This document shows positions 18,197 to 27,417 of a stretch of DNA of 64,000 bases, piece by piece. Numbering within the stretch: the first letter of the stretch is position 1; the number at the start of each line of letters is the position of its first letter. The notes beneath the pieces were generated by a model. The model did no database searches and was not told the DNA's origin. It worked only from the letters and a program-made list of their open reading frames with translations. Made by a program: the position numbers and the translations under genes. Origin of the DNA: an uncultured virus (IMG/VR IMGVR_UViG_3300025951_000004) (taxonomy: Duplodnaviria; Heunggongvirae; Uroviricota; Caudoviricetes); IMG/VR virus record IMGVR_UViG_3300025951_000004, one strand, 5' to 3'.

Positions 18197-18967
18197 TCAC
18201 AGCTCCTGTGCCTCCCGGGCGAGCGTAAACCGCTCAAGCCGCTCGATGTCGGCTGCGAGTTGGTCAGCCATCCGCGGATCTGCGGCCGCAACGGGGCCGG
18301 CGAGCAGCAGCGCGATGCTGATGCCGAGCGCTTCGAGATCGTGGTTTCGCGGGGGTCCGTCGGCTCGGCGGTTCAGGTCGGGCTGGAGTTGGTCCGAGAG
18401 AACGAGCAGTGCCTCGATGCTCGCGGGGTCGCCGGGCTCGGTCTTGTCGCCCGAGCACCTCCAGCACTCGGTCACGCCGCTGCTCGGACTCGCGGGCGTC
18501 CACCCGGAGCCGCGACACGGCGCGCAGGGCCGAGGCAGGGCGTCGAGCAGCAGGCGGCCGACCTCCCGACGCTCGCGGCCGGTGCCGAAGCATGGCGCGC
18601 ATAATCCTACCAGCCGGCCTGGCCCAGAATGTGGGGGCGAACTCGTGATCGCGGACGTCAGGACCCACGTACCTGCACCATCGCACATCCTGCACTGCCC
18701 CACGTCAACCGGATAGTCCGCGAGCAGCTCCTCGGCCAGCGCCCAGATGAGAGCGGCGTGATGGGTTACGAGGATCCTTTCGTACAGCGGTTCGCCGACC
18801 TCGGCCCTTCGCTTGTAGTCTGCGCGCCGCAAACTGATGCGGGCCGAGGCGTCGCTCGTCGCTACATAGATCGCCGCCATGCCTTCCTTGTAGCCGCAGG
18901 CCCGCGCCCATCGCTCGACAGCTTGGGCCGCAAGTCGACGATCGACGGCAGCAATCGGGTCCGGCAT
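18197..18967 (-). CDS. CxxCxGxG Zn-finger protein, paralog 1 of 3
   Basis: Several CxxCxGxG motifs; blocks shared with 38549-39424 and 41398-42360. Confidence 0.65.
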   Translation of the reverse strand: MPDPIAAVDRRLAAQAVERWARACGYKEGMAAIYVATSDASARISLRRADYKRRAEVGEPLYERILVTHHAALIWALAEELLADYPVDVGQCRMCDGAGTWVLTSAITSSPPHSGPGRLVGLCAPCFGTGRERREVGRLLLDALPRPCAPCRGSGWTPASPSSGVTECWRCSGDKTEPGDPASIEALLVLSDQLQPDLNRRADGPPRNHDLEALGISIALLLAGPVAAADPRMADQLAADIERLERFTLAREAQEL

Positions 18968-19048
18968 GCGGCACCCAACAGCGCGCGGCGCGATCCATTC
19001 CCGGGAATAGCCCGAGCGCTGGACGGCTTGATCTCACCTGGACACCAA

Positions 19049-19297
19049 ATGACCACCGAACTCCCGAACTTCACCTGGCTGCCTTCCGACGAGGAAGCGT
19101 ACGACGAAGCCATGAACGTGCTCCCGCCGGCCGACATGCGATCGGGAATGTTCCTGCTCGGCGAGCCCATCGACGCCGACTCGCACGGCTGGAATCGCTA
19201 CCGCGTGCATCGGCACGATCGCGAGACCGACAGCTTCTTGGTCGGGGGCAGGCCGATCACGCTCGCCGAGTTCCAGCTGCTCACAGGGCCTCGATGA
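19049..19297 (+). CDS. hypothetical phage protein
   Basis: EEAYDEAMNVLPP...FLLGEP; ATGA overlap with the methyltransferase. Confidence 0.6.
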   Translation: MTTELPNFTWLPSDEEAYDEAMNVLPPADMRSGMFLLGEPIDADSHGWNRYRVHRHDRETDSFLVGGRPITLAEFQLLTGPR

Positions 19298-21105
19298 CCG
19301 CTCTTCGCGTCTACAACGTCGTCACGTTCTTCAGCGGCGTGGGAGCGAAGACCCTTGGGCTGCTCCGAGCTCGGTCGGGGGCAGGCTCGCGGTTCGAGTC
19401 CGTCGGTGCTTTCGACGTCGACTCGGTCGCGTGCAAGGACTTCGAGCTTCTGACCGGGGCGATGGCCCAGGTCGTCGACCTCGGAACGATCAAACCCTGG
19501 GAGCTCGCCAAGCGATGCGAGGGCGTGCCGGATGTCGTGGTGATGAGCCCGCCCTGCAAGGGGTTCAGCGGTTGTCTGCCCGAGTCGTTGAGCAAATCGG
19601 AGAAGTACGAGGCGCTCAACCGCCTCGCCTACCAATCGGTGAAGCTGGCGATCAAGGCGTGGCCAGGCGCTCTGCCGAAGCTGATCCTGCTCGAGAACGT
19701 CCCGCGGATGATCAGCCGTGGTGCCGACTGGCTCGCCAAGATCACGAAGCTGCTCCGCAAGGCCGGCTACGAGGTCAGCCTCGAGCCGCACGACTGCGGC
19801 GAGTGGGGTGGGCTCGCGCAGAAGCGGGAACGCCTGCTGCTGATCGCCCGTCTGCGCTCGGCGTGTCCGAGTCACCTGCTGCGGCCGCCGGCGCTTGGCC
19901 TGCGCCCGATGGCAAGCGTGCTCTGGCAGCTCCCGCCGCCCGTGCCTGGCTCGAGCGCCGGCGGCCCGCACCACCGCCTGCCCAAGATCAACGCGCTGAA
20001 CTGGCTGCGACTCTCGGCCATCCCCGCGGGCCAGGACTGGCGAGCGATCCCCGAGCACGTGCACATGGTCGACGTCGATCCGCGTTGCGGAGGCGACCCC
20101 CGCGGCCGACAGTCCGGGCTCTACGGCGTGAGCTCGAGCGAAGGGCCGAGTCACACGGTTGTCGCGGCCGCGCGCGCGGGCTCGCACAGCTGGGCGAGCG
20201 TGACGGACCCGCGGCTCGGTGACCGCTCGAGTCGGCAAAACGGTGGCTACGGCGTCAACGACAGCGGCAGCTCCTCGCACTCCGTGTTGGCCGAGGGCTC
20301 GGTCCGCAACACCTGGTCGAGCGTCGCTGACCCCCGCGCCGAGCCACGCTTCGCCGACTGCATCCGCAAGGGCCAGTTCGAGCACGGCGACGGGGCGATC
20401 GATCCGCGCAGCACCTGCTCGCGGTTCGAGGATGCGATCGGCGTGAGCGACACCGACAGGCCCTACAAGACCCCGGTGATCGGCCATCAAAAGGTCGAGA
20501 ACAGCCCGAGTTCGGTCGCCGATCCGCGAGTGATCGACCCTCGCGTCCCCGCGCAGAACCGCGGCAACTTCGGAGTGCAGGATAATCGCCGGCCGAGCGC
20601 GACCATCCGCGCGCAGCATCCGATTCGGACCGCGCCGAGCAGCGTCGCCGAGCGAGATCTGTTCGCCCCGACACACGACCTCGTCGCAGGACAGCCATGG
20701 ACAGGTGACCGCGACGCGTGGGTGCGCGGCGACTTCTGGCTTGTCGGGCCGGATGTCAAGATCGTCAAGGGCGGCCGCGGCTGCTACCTGATCATTCGCT
20801 CGTTCGATGGGACCGTGCACCGGCCGATGACCACGGCCGAGCTCATGCTTCTGCAGGGCATCCCCGTCTGGCACCGACCAGGCGATCCGACCGAGCTGGC
20901 GCTCGATGACCCGACTGGCCAGTGGGTGCAACTCGGCGGCAGCGATGCGCTGGTCCGCGAGCACGTCGGCAATGCCGTGCCGGTCCCGACCGCGCAGGCG
21001 ATCGGCGAGGTGATGCTCGAGCTGCTGGACGCCGGCGCCAGCGAGGTCTTCCGGCTGAGCAGCGGCGGGATCTGGGTTCAGCCCGAAGCGATGGCGGCTG
21101 CATGA
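19294..21105 (+). CDS. DNA (cytosine-5) methyltransferase with DPR repeats
   Basis: FFSGVG, SPPCKGFS, ENV, QKRER, GNAVP. Confidence 0.92.
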   Translation: MTALRVYNVVTFFSGVGAKTLGLLRARSGAGSRFESVGAFDVDSVACKDFELLTGAMAQVVDLGTIKPWELAKRCEGVPDVVVMSPPCKGFSGCLPESLSKSEKYEALNRLAYQSVKLAIKAWPGALPKLILLENVPRMISRGADWLAKITKLLRKAGYEVSLEPHDCGEWGGLAQKRERLLLIARLRSACPSHLLRPPALGLRPMASVLWQLPPPVPGSSAGGPHHRLPKINALNWLRLSAIPAGQDWRAIPEHVHMVDVDPRCGGDPRGRQSGLYGVSSSEGPSHTVVAAARAGSHSWASVTDPRLGDRSSRQNGGYGVNDSGSSSHSVLAEGSVRNTWSSVADPRAEPRFADCIRKGQFEHGDGAIDPRSTCSRFEDAIGVSDTDRPYKTPVIGHQKVENSPSSVADPRVIDPRVPAQNRGNFGVQDNRRPSATIRAQHPIRTAPSSVAERDLFAPTHDLVAGQPWTGDRDAWVRGDFWLVGPDVKIVKGGRGCYLIIRSFDGTVHRPMTTAELMLLQGIPVWHRPGDPTELALDDPTGQWVQLGGSDALVREHVGNAVPVPTAQAIGEVMLELLDAGASEVFRLSSGGIWVQPEAMAAA

Positions 21106-21797
21106 TCCTCACCAGCCCTGCGCCGCACGAGGTCGTCTACCTCGACCCGCCCTGGCATCGCACGCCGTGCGGCACGGCTCGTACCCCGTACAAGACCATG
21201 GCGTGGGCGGAGCTGCTCGCGTTCGATCTCGGCGCTTGGCTGGCCCGCGACGCGATGATCTTCTGCTGGATGACCGGGCCCACGCAGCTGCGCGAGTCCG
21301 AGGTGCTCTTGCGCTGGTGCGAGCGCTTCAAGCTGCACGAGGCCGGCACGGCCTACATCTGGCTGAAGACGAAGCAGCCCAGGCCCGAGCGCGCCGTGAA
21401 GCTCCGCTCGATCATCCTCGACTGGGCGGCTACCGAGGCCGAGCGACGCAAGGCTCTCGCCGAGCTCGAGGAGATGGGCGGCCACGACGGCGCAACTCCA
21501 ATCCGGGCAAGCGGGCCGCGACCTCGGGCGGTCAAGCAGGTGCACACGGACCGGGTGATCGTGCTCTCGACCCGCAAGCGCGGGCGAGTGTTCCCGTTGC
21601 TGACCGAGGCGCAGGAGCAACTCGTCTACTGGCCCAAGCCGTACGGCGAGGGCGGCCACTCCCGCAAGCCGCCGGAAGTCCGCGATCGCATCGTCGAGTT
21701 GCTCGGCGACCGTTCCCGCGTCGAGCTCTTCGCCCGTGATGATGCCGAGCGGGACGATCGCTGGAATGCCTGGGGCGACGAACTCATCTCCGCGTAG
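21102..21797 (+). CDS. MT-A70 family adenine methyltransferase
   Basis: YLDPPW, Y.TM, HSRKPPEVRDRI, VELFAR, W.AWGDE. Confidence 0.88.
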   Translation: MILTSPAPHEVVYLDPPWHRTPCGTARTPYKTMAWAELLAFDLGAWLARDAMIFCWMTGPTQLRESEVLLRWCERFKLHEAGTAYIWLKTKQPRPERAVKLRSIILDWAATEAERRKALAELEEMGGHDGATPIRASGPRPRAVKQVHTDRVIVLSTRKRGRVFPLLTEAQEQLVYWPKPYGEGGHSRKPPEVRDRIVELLGDRSRVELFARDDAERDDRWNAWGDELISA

Positions 21798-21812
21798 GCC
21801 TCGGCGAGGGCG

Positions 21813-22022
21813 TCACGCAGCGAGCACGAGCCAGTCGAGCGCGGTGTCCGTGTCTACGTCGAGCCTCGACGCCCGGTGCTCGACGATCGCAGCCGGCTGA
21901 CCGAGCAGGACGGCCACGGCCCGCAAGCGGTTTGGCGTCGAGTGGTCGAGGGCCTTCTCGACGGCGGATGGGGCGACGCCGAGCTCGGCTGCCACCTCGA
22001 GGATTCTACGGCGCGTGTTCAT
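21813..22022 (-). CDS. small HTH protein
   Basis: ILEVAAELGVAPSAVEKAL. Confidence 0.55.
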   Translation of the reverse strand: MNTRRRILEVAAELGVAPSAVEKALDHSTPNRLRAVAVLLGQPAAIVEHRASRLDVDTDTALDWLVLAA

Positions 22023-22028
22023 GTGTGC

Positions 22029-22056
22029 GTTATACAGCATCAGCATTCGGCGTCAA
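22029..22056 (-). promoter_or_regulatory. sigma70-like promoter TTGACG-N16-TATAAC, likely leaderless
   Basis: Hexamers end 6 nt upstream of the ATG at 22022. Confidence 0.5.
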
Positions 22057-22179
22057 CCACGTGGACCAGCTGGACATCAAGCCAGAAGCACGAGGCCATC
22101 GACTAGCGATCGCACTCCGAGCGGCAGCCGACGCCTTGGAACGTCCCGAGCAGTGAGGCGATGCCACCGAGCAGCGCGA

Positions 22180-23238
22180 TCATGCGACGGCTCCAGCGAG
22201 CGCGAGAGTCTTCGCCACATCCAGCTTGGCGATGGATCGCCAGGCTCGTTCGGTCTGGTCCTGCGTGGCACCGAGTTCTGTCGCCGCTTCGGCCGGGGAC
22301 TTGAGCCACCCGAGCAGGCGGCCGGCTTCCACGTTGATGGCCATGATCGCGTCGGGGGCGAACCGCATGTGGAGGTTGCCGTTGGCGAAGCCCTTGACCT
22401 GGAACAGCAACTCGCCATCCGGCGAGACCCAGTTCTGCCACTTGTTCGCGTGCCACTGGCGGGTCATGGGACCGGGCGCCGGGGTCGAGAAGCCGAGCGT
22501 CGAGAGCACGGCGATGATGTCGGCGATCAGCGCGTGGCAGCCCCTGTGAAGTCCGCCGGGGAAGTCGTAGGAGCCGAAATCGTGTCCCCCGATTGCCTGG
22601 TACCCCGGCACGACGAAGCGGTAGTCGAGGCGAAAGTGGCTGGGGCGCGTTCCCTCATCGTCGGAACGGAGCGAGTACCGCCACGCACTGTCGACCCACG
22701 TGCGCTTGTTCGACATGTACCTGGTCACGCCATCGCGCTGCGACAGCGAGAAGAACAGGTCGATGACCTGCCGGTCGATGTAGGCGTCAGCGTGCCGGAC
22801 CGCCCACATGACGATCGAGTAGCAGTTGCTGACCGTGAACGCGATCGCGTTGCGACCAGTCAGCCGCTCGAGGAACTCCGCGCGGGTCTTCGTCGCCAAG
22901 CGAGTCGTCAAGGATTGGAGCCGGTCGAACAGCGCTCGCCAGTAGACGCGCTTGAGCCCGGCGATCCGAGTCTTGACGGCCGTGCAAAGTGCGTCCTTCT
23001 GGACGCCAAGCTCGCGAAGATGCTCCCCGGTGTCGGTCCAGATAGCGAATGGGGACCCCAGAATGATCCGACCTACCGAAGCGCTGGCTACGATCGCCGA
23101 CGTCGGCGCGGTCTCGTAGATCATCACGGTCTCGCCGTCGACGTCTGGTCGGCGGGTCCTGAATTCGAATCGCTTGGTGCCAGCGCGGAAGGCCGAGACG
23201 AAGCGAGGATGGATCGAGAAGACCATCGGCGACGTCAT
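22180..23238 (-). CDS. truncated ASCH domain fused to DUF4942-like domain
   Basis: SIHP...GTKRFEFR...IYETAP, then LKRVYWRALF...RLDYRFV...KGFANGNLHMRF...NVEAGRLLGW. Confidence 0.7.
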   Translation of the reverse strand: MTSPMVFSIHPRFVSAFRAGTKRFEFRTRRPDVDGETVMIYETAPTSAIVASASVGRIILGSPFAIWTDTGEHLRELGVQKDALCTAVKTRIAGLKRVYWRALFDRLQSLTTRLATKTRAEFLERLTGRNAIAFTVSNCYSIVMWAVRHADAYIDRQVIDLFFSLSQRDGVTRYMSNKRTWVDSAWRYSLRSDDEGTRPSHFRLDYRFVVPGYQAIGGHDFGSYDFPGGLHRGCHALIADIIAVLSTLGFSTPAPGPMTRQWHANKWQNWVSPDGELLFQVKGFANGNLHMRFAPDAIMAINVEAGRLLGWLKSPAEAATELGATQDQTERAWRSIAKLDVAKTLALAGAVA

Positions 23239-23600
23239 TCTGCACCCATGGGTTCGATGGGCTCGGCCTTATATGCGCGGGCGACCCGACGGATCATCCG
23301 CTGCAGCGACTTGACCGACTTGCTGCCGCTCTCGTAACAGACCATGACGTAGCAGTGCTTGAATCGGCAGACCTCGAGACTTCGCTTGTCGAGGACGACC
23401 TTCACGAGCAGGCCAGTCTTGTCTCCACCGGACGCCGCGGCGAACTCCAGTTCGCACATCTTGATCGCCTGCTCGGCGAGTTCAGCATGGCTGGCATCGC
23501 CAGCATCCTTGCAGTGGTGGCCGGAGAGAGACTTCACGCGAACAAAGAGAATTCCATCGTGGGCGCACATCGACGCGGGACTGGTTCGGATGGTCGGCAT
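23235..23600 (-). CDS. hypothetical protein
   Basis: ORF coupled to the ASCH fusion gene. Confidence 0.5.
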   Translation of the reverse strand: MPTIRTSPASMCAHDGILFVRVKSLSGHHCKDAGDASHAELAEQAIKMCELEFAAASGGDKTGLLVKVVLDKRSLEVCRFKHCYVMVCYESGSKSVKSLQRMIRRVARAYKAEPIEPMGAE

Positions 23601-23611
23601 GTGGTAGCGAA

Positions 23612-24346
23612 TCAATCGGACGGCGGAGCTATTCCCACGCGCTCTGCCGTCAGCCATCGCCAGGCCGCAATGATGACCTCGGCGTGGCAATGCAGCGGCC
23701 AACACGTGCACACGAGGTAGTGCTCCGCCGTGATCTCCTCGAGGCTCGACCGTACGCGCCGATCGAAGTGGCGGCTGTTGGTGGATATCCGGCTCCACAG
23801 CCACGCCTTGTATCGCGCGAGCGCGGCCGCGGCTGCGTCGGCCCGGGTCTCGCCGTCGCGCAGCTCGAGCGGCCACGGATTGCCGAGCGGCGCGGGCCTG
23901 CCGACCTTGACGGCGGGGCCCGGCGCCGGCCCGTGATGGGCGTTCCAGATCCTCGGCTCCGTGACAGGTTCGATGTGCACGACCGGGATCGCTCGCGCCT
24001 TCGCTGCGTCGACGCAGTTCTTGGTGCCGACGCCTCCCTCGAATGCGACGAGAAAGTCCGCAGGCGGGTGCTCGAACACGCCGAAGAGGTCCTGGCCGTC
24101 GCCGTCGAGCATCGCCTCGTTGCGCCGCGGCCCGCAGTACGGCCACTCGCCGTAGTCCTCGGCGCGCCACGGCTCGACCACGAGCGCGGTGCGGGCCTTG
24201 AGCCACGCGGCGACGGCCTTGTCCGTGCCGTCGGCCTCGCCTTCGCGCACGCGCGTGGCTCCGCGCTCGGTCAAGATCTCGATCAGCATCACGAGCTCGG
24301 CGATGGTCGGCAGGCGATCGCGACCGCCGGTGACGACGGCGATCAT
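23612..24346 (-). CDS. SLOG (DUF2493/YspA-like) plus DUF4326 fusion
   Basis: VVTGGRD...GEADGTD...GPRRNEAML...AFEGGVGT; then VGRPAPLGNPW...LVCTCWPLHCHAEVI. Confidence 0.75.
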   Translation of the reverse strand: MIAVVTGGRDRLPTIAELVMLIEILTERGATRVREGEADGTDKAVAAWLKARTALVVEPWRAEDYGEWPYCGPRRNEAMLDGDGQDLFGVFEHPPADFLVAFEGGVGTKNCVDAAKARAIPVVHIEPVTEPRIWNAHHGPAPGPAVKVGRPAPLGNPWPLELRDGETRADAAAAALARYKAWLWSRISTNSRHFDRRVRSSLEEITAEHYLVCTCWPLHCHAEVIIAAWRWLTAERVGIAPPSD

Positions 24347-24362
24347 TCGATCTCGACGGCCT

Positions 24363-24869
24363 TCATCGCGGCCCTCGTTCCAACTCTCGCAGCCGACCCT
24401 CGGCCGCCTCAGCGCGAAGCCAGTCCTGAGCGGTCGGGGCCCATAGCCCAGCATCGAACCCCCAGAGCCGCGCATCGAGATCGTCCACCTCGTCGAACGC
24501 CTGCTCGGCCCGCGCGGGGTCGACTTCGAGCAGCCACGCGTGAGCCTCTTGCCGACGAGCACGAGCCCGCCACTCGGCCCGTGACGCGTCTTCGAGTGCG
24601 TCGCGGCACTCGCCCGCGAGCGGCCCGAGCAGCCGTGCTCGCGATTCGAGCTGCTCGACAAGGAGGAAGGCTACCAAGCGTAGTGGTGCATGCGCTCGAA
24701 TCAAGGCCCATAGGACACGCACTCGCACGGTATCATCCTCGCCCGCACCTTCGGCGAGCGTAGCTCGCCGAAGGTGCCACGCGGCCCACCACACGCAGGC
24801 GGCGGGCCAGAGCGTCTCGCCCTCGACCAGCATGCGGTCGAGGATGCGTCCGACCTTGCGAGCATTCAT
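24363..24869 (-). CDS. hypothetical protein
   Basis: Coupled ORF. Confidence 0.5.
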   Translation of the reverse strand: MNARKVGRILDRMLVEGETLWPAACVWWAAWHLRRATLAEGAGEDDTVRVRVLWALIRAHAPLRLVAFLLVEQLESRARLLGPLAGECRDALEDASRAEWRARARRQEAHAWLLEVDPARAEQAFDEVDDLDARLWGFDAGLWAPTAQDWLRAEAAEGRLRELERGPR

Positions 24870-25648
24870 CGCGGCCCTCGCTCAAGGACCAGCACGACGT
24901 CGTCCCGGATCTCCCGCCAGCGCGCGCCTGCCCCCGGCGGAAGAACTTGGCTCTGAATCGCGGCAGCGTCCGAGCCCGACCAGTCGACCCCGCAAACGAG
25001 CAACCGGTCACGGGTGGACTTGGCAAGATCGAAGCCCTCGGCCGTCGCAGGGAAGCTAACGTCTGCCAGCGCCGACTTGCCGGTTGCGGCGTGGGCGATC
25101 GACAGTCGGCCGCCGACGAGCGCGATTGCGAGGCTGGCCTGGCCTCCCTCGCAAGCGGCGAGGCGCGCCTCGCCGCAACGCGGGCAGACGAAACGAACGC
25201 TTCCGGTGAGGCTTTCTGTCCATTCGAGGGAGATCGCCTCGGCGGTCCGTGGGTAGGTGGCGGGCGGCCGCGCAAGGCGGGACTCCTCGGCTTCGAGGTG
25301 GTGCAGCAGGGCCTCGGACGGCGGGCCGAGCTGCCCCGACGCCAGCCCCGTGCGCAACAGGTGGCGGATCAAGTGCCGCTGGTTATGGGTCAGGTGCACG
25401 AGGTTCGGCACCTCCTCGAACCCCTCGACCGGCCAGTACAGGTGGCACGGGACCTGAGCCCCCGCGCGCGGCCTGAGCGTCACCGTCACCGCCCCGAGGC
25501 TGACCAGGTTGCGCAGCGCGGCCGACACCCGCAGCCGCTCTTGCGACCCCGCTCGACCCGTGCCGAGCACCTGCTCGGCCAGCATCCGGCAAGGGCTAGC
25601 TGGCGCCTCGACCACCGCCGCCAGCACGTCGAGCTCAAGCCGGGTCAT
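24866..25648 (-). CDS. hypothetical winged-helix/Zn-ribbon protein
   Basis: VSAALRNLVSLGAV; FVCPRCG. Confidence 0.5.
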   Translation of the reverse strand: MTRLELDVLAAVVEAPASPCRMLAEQVLGTGRAGSQERLRVSAALRNLVSLGAVTVTLRPRAGAQVPCHLYWPVEGFEEVPNLVHLTHNQRHLIRHLLRTGLASGQLGPPSEALLHHLEAEESRLARPPATYPRTAEAISLEWTESLTGSVRFVCPRCGEARLAACEGGQASLAIALVGGRLSIAHAATGKSALADVSFPATAEGFDLAKSTRDRLLVCGVDWSGSDAAAIQSQVLPPGAGARWREIRDDVVLVLERGPR

Positions 25649-26078
25649 GGCGACCCGCCTTCTCGCCAGCAGCAAGCAGCCGGTCCAACTCGGGACCGGC
25701 TTCGACCACGAGTTGTCCCCTGAGCACGCGCGCCTCGATGCCCAGCGCATGCAGTCGGCAAGCCGCGCGATCGCTGGCGAGTACCTGGACGTTCCGGGCG
25801 TTGCGCTGGGCGTTGCGCTGGGCGTTGCGCTGGTCAACGATCCGCGTCGCATCTTCGACAGTCATGAGGTCGGCCGAGCAGACCAACGCTGCGGGCGGCT
25901 CCCACCAAAGGCCAGTGACCGGATGCGTCGCTTCGACGCACCGCCACGTACCGCGGAGGCCATCGGCAGCCATCAGCCCTCGCACGCGCACGACCTTCTC
26001 GGTGTACTTGCCTGGTTTGAGCGCAAACTCGGAATTCGGGTTGGTCTTGATCGCCGCCGCGATGTCCGAGCCCTTCAC
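25635..26078 (-). CDS. hypothetical protein with QRNA repeats
   Basis: Coupled ORF. Confidence 0.55.
   Translation of the reverse strand: MKGSDIAAAIKTNPNSEFALKPGKYTEKVVRVRGLMAADGLRGTWRCVEATHPVTGLWWEPPAALVCSADLMTVEDATRIVDQRNAQRNAQRNARNVQVLASDRAACRLHALGIEARVLRGQLVVEAGPELDRLLAAGEKAGRHDPA
25796..25831. repeat. 12-bp tandem repeat GGGCGTTGCGCT x3
   Basis: Seen directly; encodes QRNA x3. Confidence 0.8.
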
Positions 26079-26299
26079 GGCGTCACCTCGCGCTCGGCCC
26101 CGTGGTCGGTCTCGTAGAGCCTTCGCGCGCCGCCGACGTGGTCACCGCGCTCGATGGCGGCAGCTAACTCGGCAAGCGAAGCGCGAAGATTATCCGGCAC
26201 CCGCCCGGGCGGATGTCGGATGAAATCGAGGATGTCCGCGCGCTCGCGTGCGCGTCCGATGCCGTGCATGTCCGACTCTGCTGCGCGCGGGTTGCTCAC
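26075..26299 (-). CDS. hypothetical protein
   Basis: GTGA overlaps on both sides. Confidence 0.5.
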   Translation of the reverse strand: MSNPRAAESDMHGIGRARERADILDFIRHPPGRVPDNLRASLAELAAAIERGDHVGGARRLYETDHGAEREVTP

Positions 26300-26571
26300 G
26301 GCGTCATCGTCCTGTCCCCGAGCTTGCGCAGCCGATCCGCGATCCAGTGCTCACCTGCACGCGAGCAGAGCCACGCGGCCACGTCGAGCGGGTCCAGCGG
26401 GTCGAAGTCACCGCGCGCGATCGCCTTGCGGACCGTTGCAGGTGAGTCGTCGACACCGAGGCGAGCGAGGGTCGCGACCAGGCCAGCGACGCCGAGCGCC
26501 CATAGCTTGCGTCGGCCTCGAAGCACGGCGTCGGCCGGATGGATTGTGGCGGTGCAGCGGGCGCCGGTCAC
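26296..26571 (-). CDS. hypothetical protein
   Basis: GTGA overlaps on both sides. Confidence 0.5.
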   Translation of the reverse strand: MTGARCTATIHPADAVLRGRRKLWALGVAGLVATLARLGVDDSPATVRKAIARGDFDPLDPLDVAAWLCSRAGEHWIADRLRKLGDRTMTP

Positions 26572-27023
26572 AGCTCACCGATCGCCTTGAGCGCAGCCTT
26601 GAGCTTACGGAGGGCCTCGCGGACCTCATCATTATCCCGCTGGAGATCGGCCACCATCGACCGGACGGCGTCGAATGCCGCGGCGGCCTCAGTCGGGCCG
26701 TGTCCGAGTTCGCCACCGTCGTCGGGGCTGTACACCGCGTAAATCGTCTCGCCGGGCGATGAGTAGCGGTCGCATGTGTCGAGGTACGCCTCGGGGTTGA
26801 GCTGCTTGAGCAGCGTGAGCAGCGGGTCGGCGATGTCGGGATCCGAAGCGAGCGGTGTGACGATATTGCCCTCGACTCCGCCTCCGAGCGCTTCGAAATG
26901 GTCCGCACACGCATGGGTCTCAGCCAAGTCGTATCGCATGGTCGGGTCGAAGATCGAGACTGTCGCGTCGTTCTCGCAGCTTAGCTCGCAGCACCATGCT
27001 GCCAGTCGTGGTTCGGTGGTCAT
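26568..27023 (-). CDS. hypothetical protein
   Basis: MTTEPRLAAWCCELSC...HACADH. Confidence 0.5.
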   Translation of the reverse strand: MTTEPRLAAWCCELSCENDATVSIFDPTMRYDLAETHACADHFEALGGGVEGNIVTPLASDPDIADPLLTLLKQLNPEAYLDTCDRYSSPGETIYAVYSPDDGGELGHGPTEAAAAFDAVRSMVADLQRDNDEVREALRKLKAALKAIGEL

Positions 27024-27045
27024 GTTCTGGACATAGCTCGCCGCG

Positions 27046-27210
27046 CTACGCTCCGCAACACCCCTCGTTGTCGGCCTTCTGCACGAGGCCGAAGTCGAGC
27101 GTGGCCTCGCCGAGCCGGCCATAGCCAGCGACCGTCGTGTCGAACGCCGCGCCGGTGATCGTTCCCTGCAAAGCCACCACGGTGCGAGCTCGGCGGTCAC
27201 GTCGACCCAT
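27046..27210 (-). pseudogene. internally deleted remnant of the adjacent methyltransferase
   Basis: AAFDTTVAGYGRLGEA joined to TLDFGLV; both pieces match the 27418-28338 gene. Confidence 0.6.
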
Positions 27211-27232
27211 CGGGTAGCGGCCACGCGCGGGC

Positions 27233-27261
27233 TTGACCCGCGTCGAGCTTGGGCATACAAC
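27233..27261 (+). promoter_or_regulatory. putative tRNA promoter TTGACC-N17-TACAAC
   Basis: Hexamers about 27 nt upstream of the tRNA. Confidence 0.5.
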
Positions 27262-27287
27262 CAGCTTCCCCAACACGGTCACGGCCG

Positions 27288-27373
27288 AGCGGGGTCCACT
27301 GCTGGGTAGAGCAGCCAGGTAGCTCGCCGGGCTCATAACCCGGAGGCCGCAGGTTCGAATCCTGCCCCCGCTA
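27288..27373 (+). tRNA. tRNA-Met(CAT), initiator type; 5' end at 27288 or 27300
   Basis: D arm GAGC/GCTC, anticodon stem CCGGG/CCCGG with CTCATAA loop, T arm GCAGG-TTCGAAT-CCTGC; CCA not encoded. Confidence 0.9.
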
Positions 27374-27380
27374 TCCTCCG

Positions 27381-27414
27381 AAGCCCGCCGGAACAACGTC
27401 CGGCTGGCTTTTCT
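27381..27414 (+). terminator. intrinsic terminator after the tRNA
   Basis: AAGCCCGCCGGA/TCCGGCTGGCTT stem followed by TTCT. Confidence 0.65.
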
Positions 27415-27417
27415 CGT

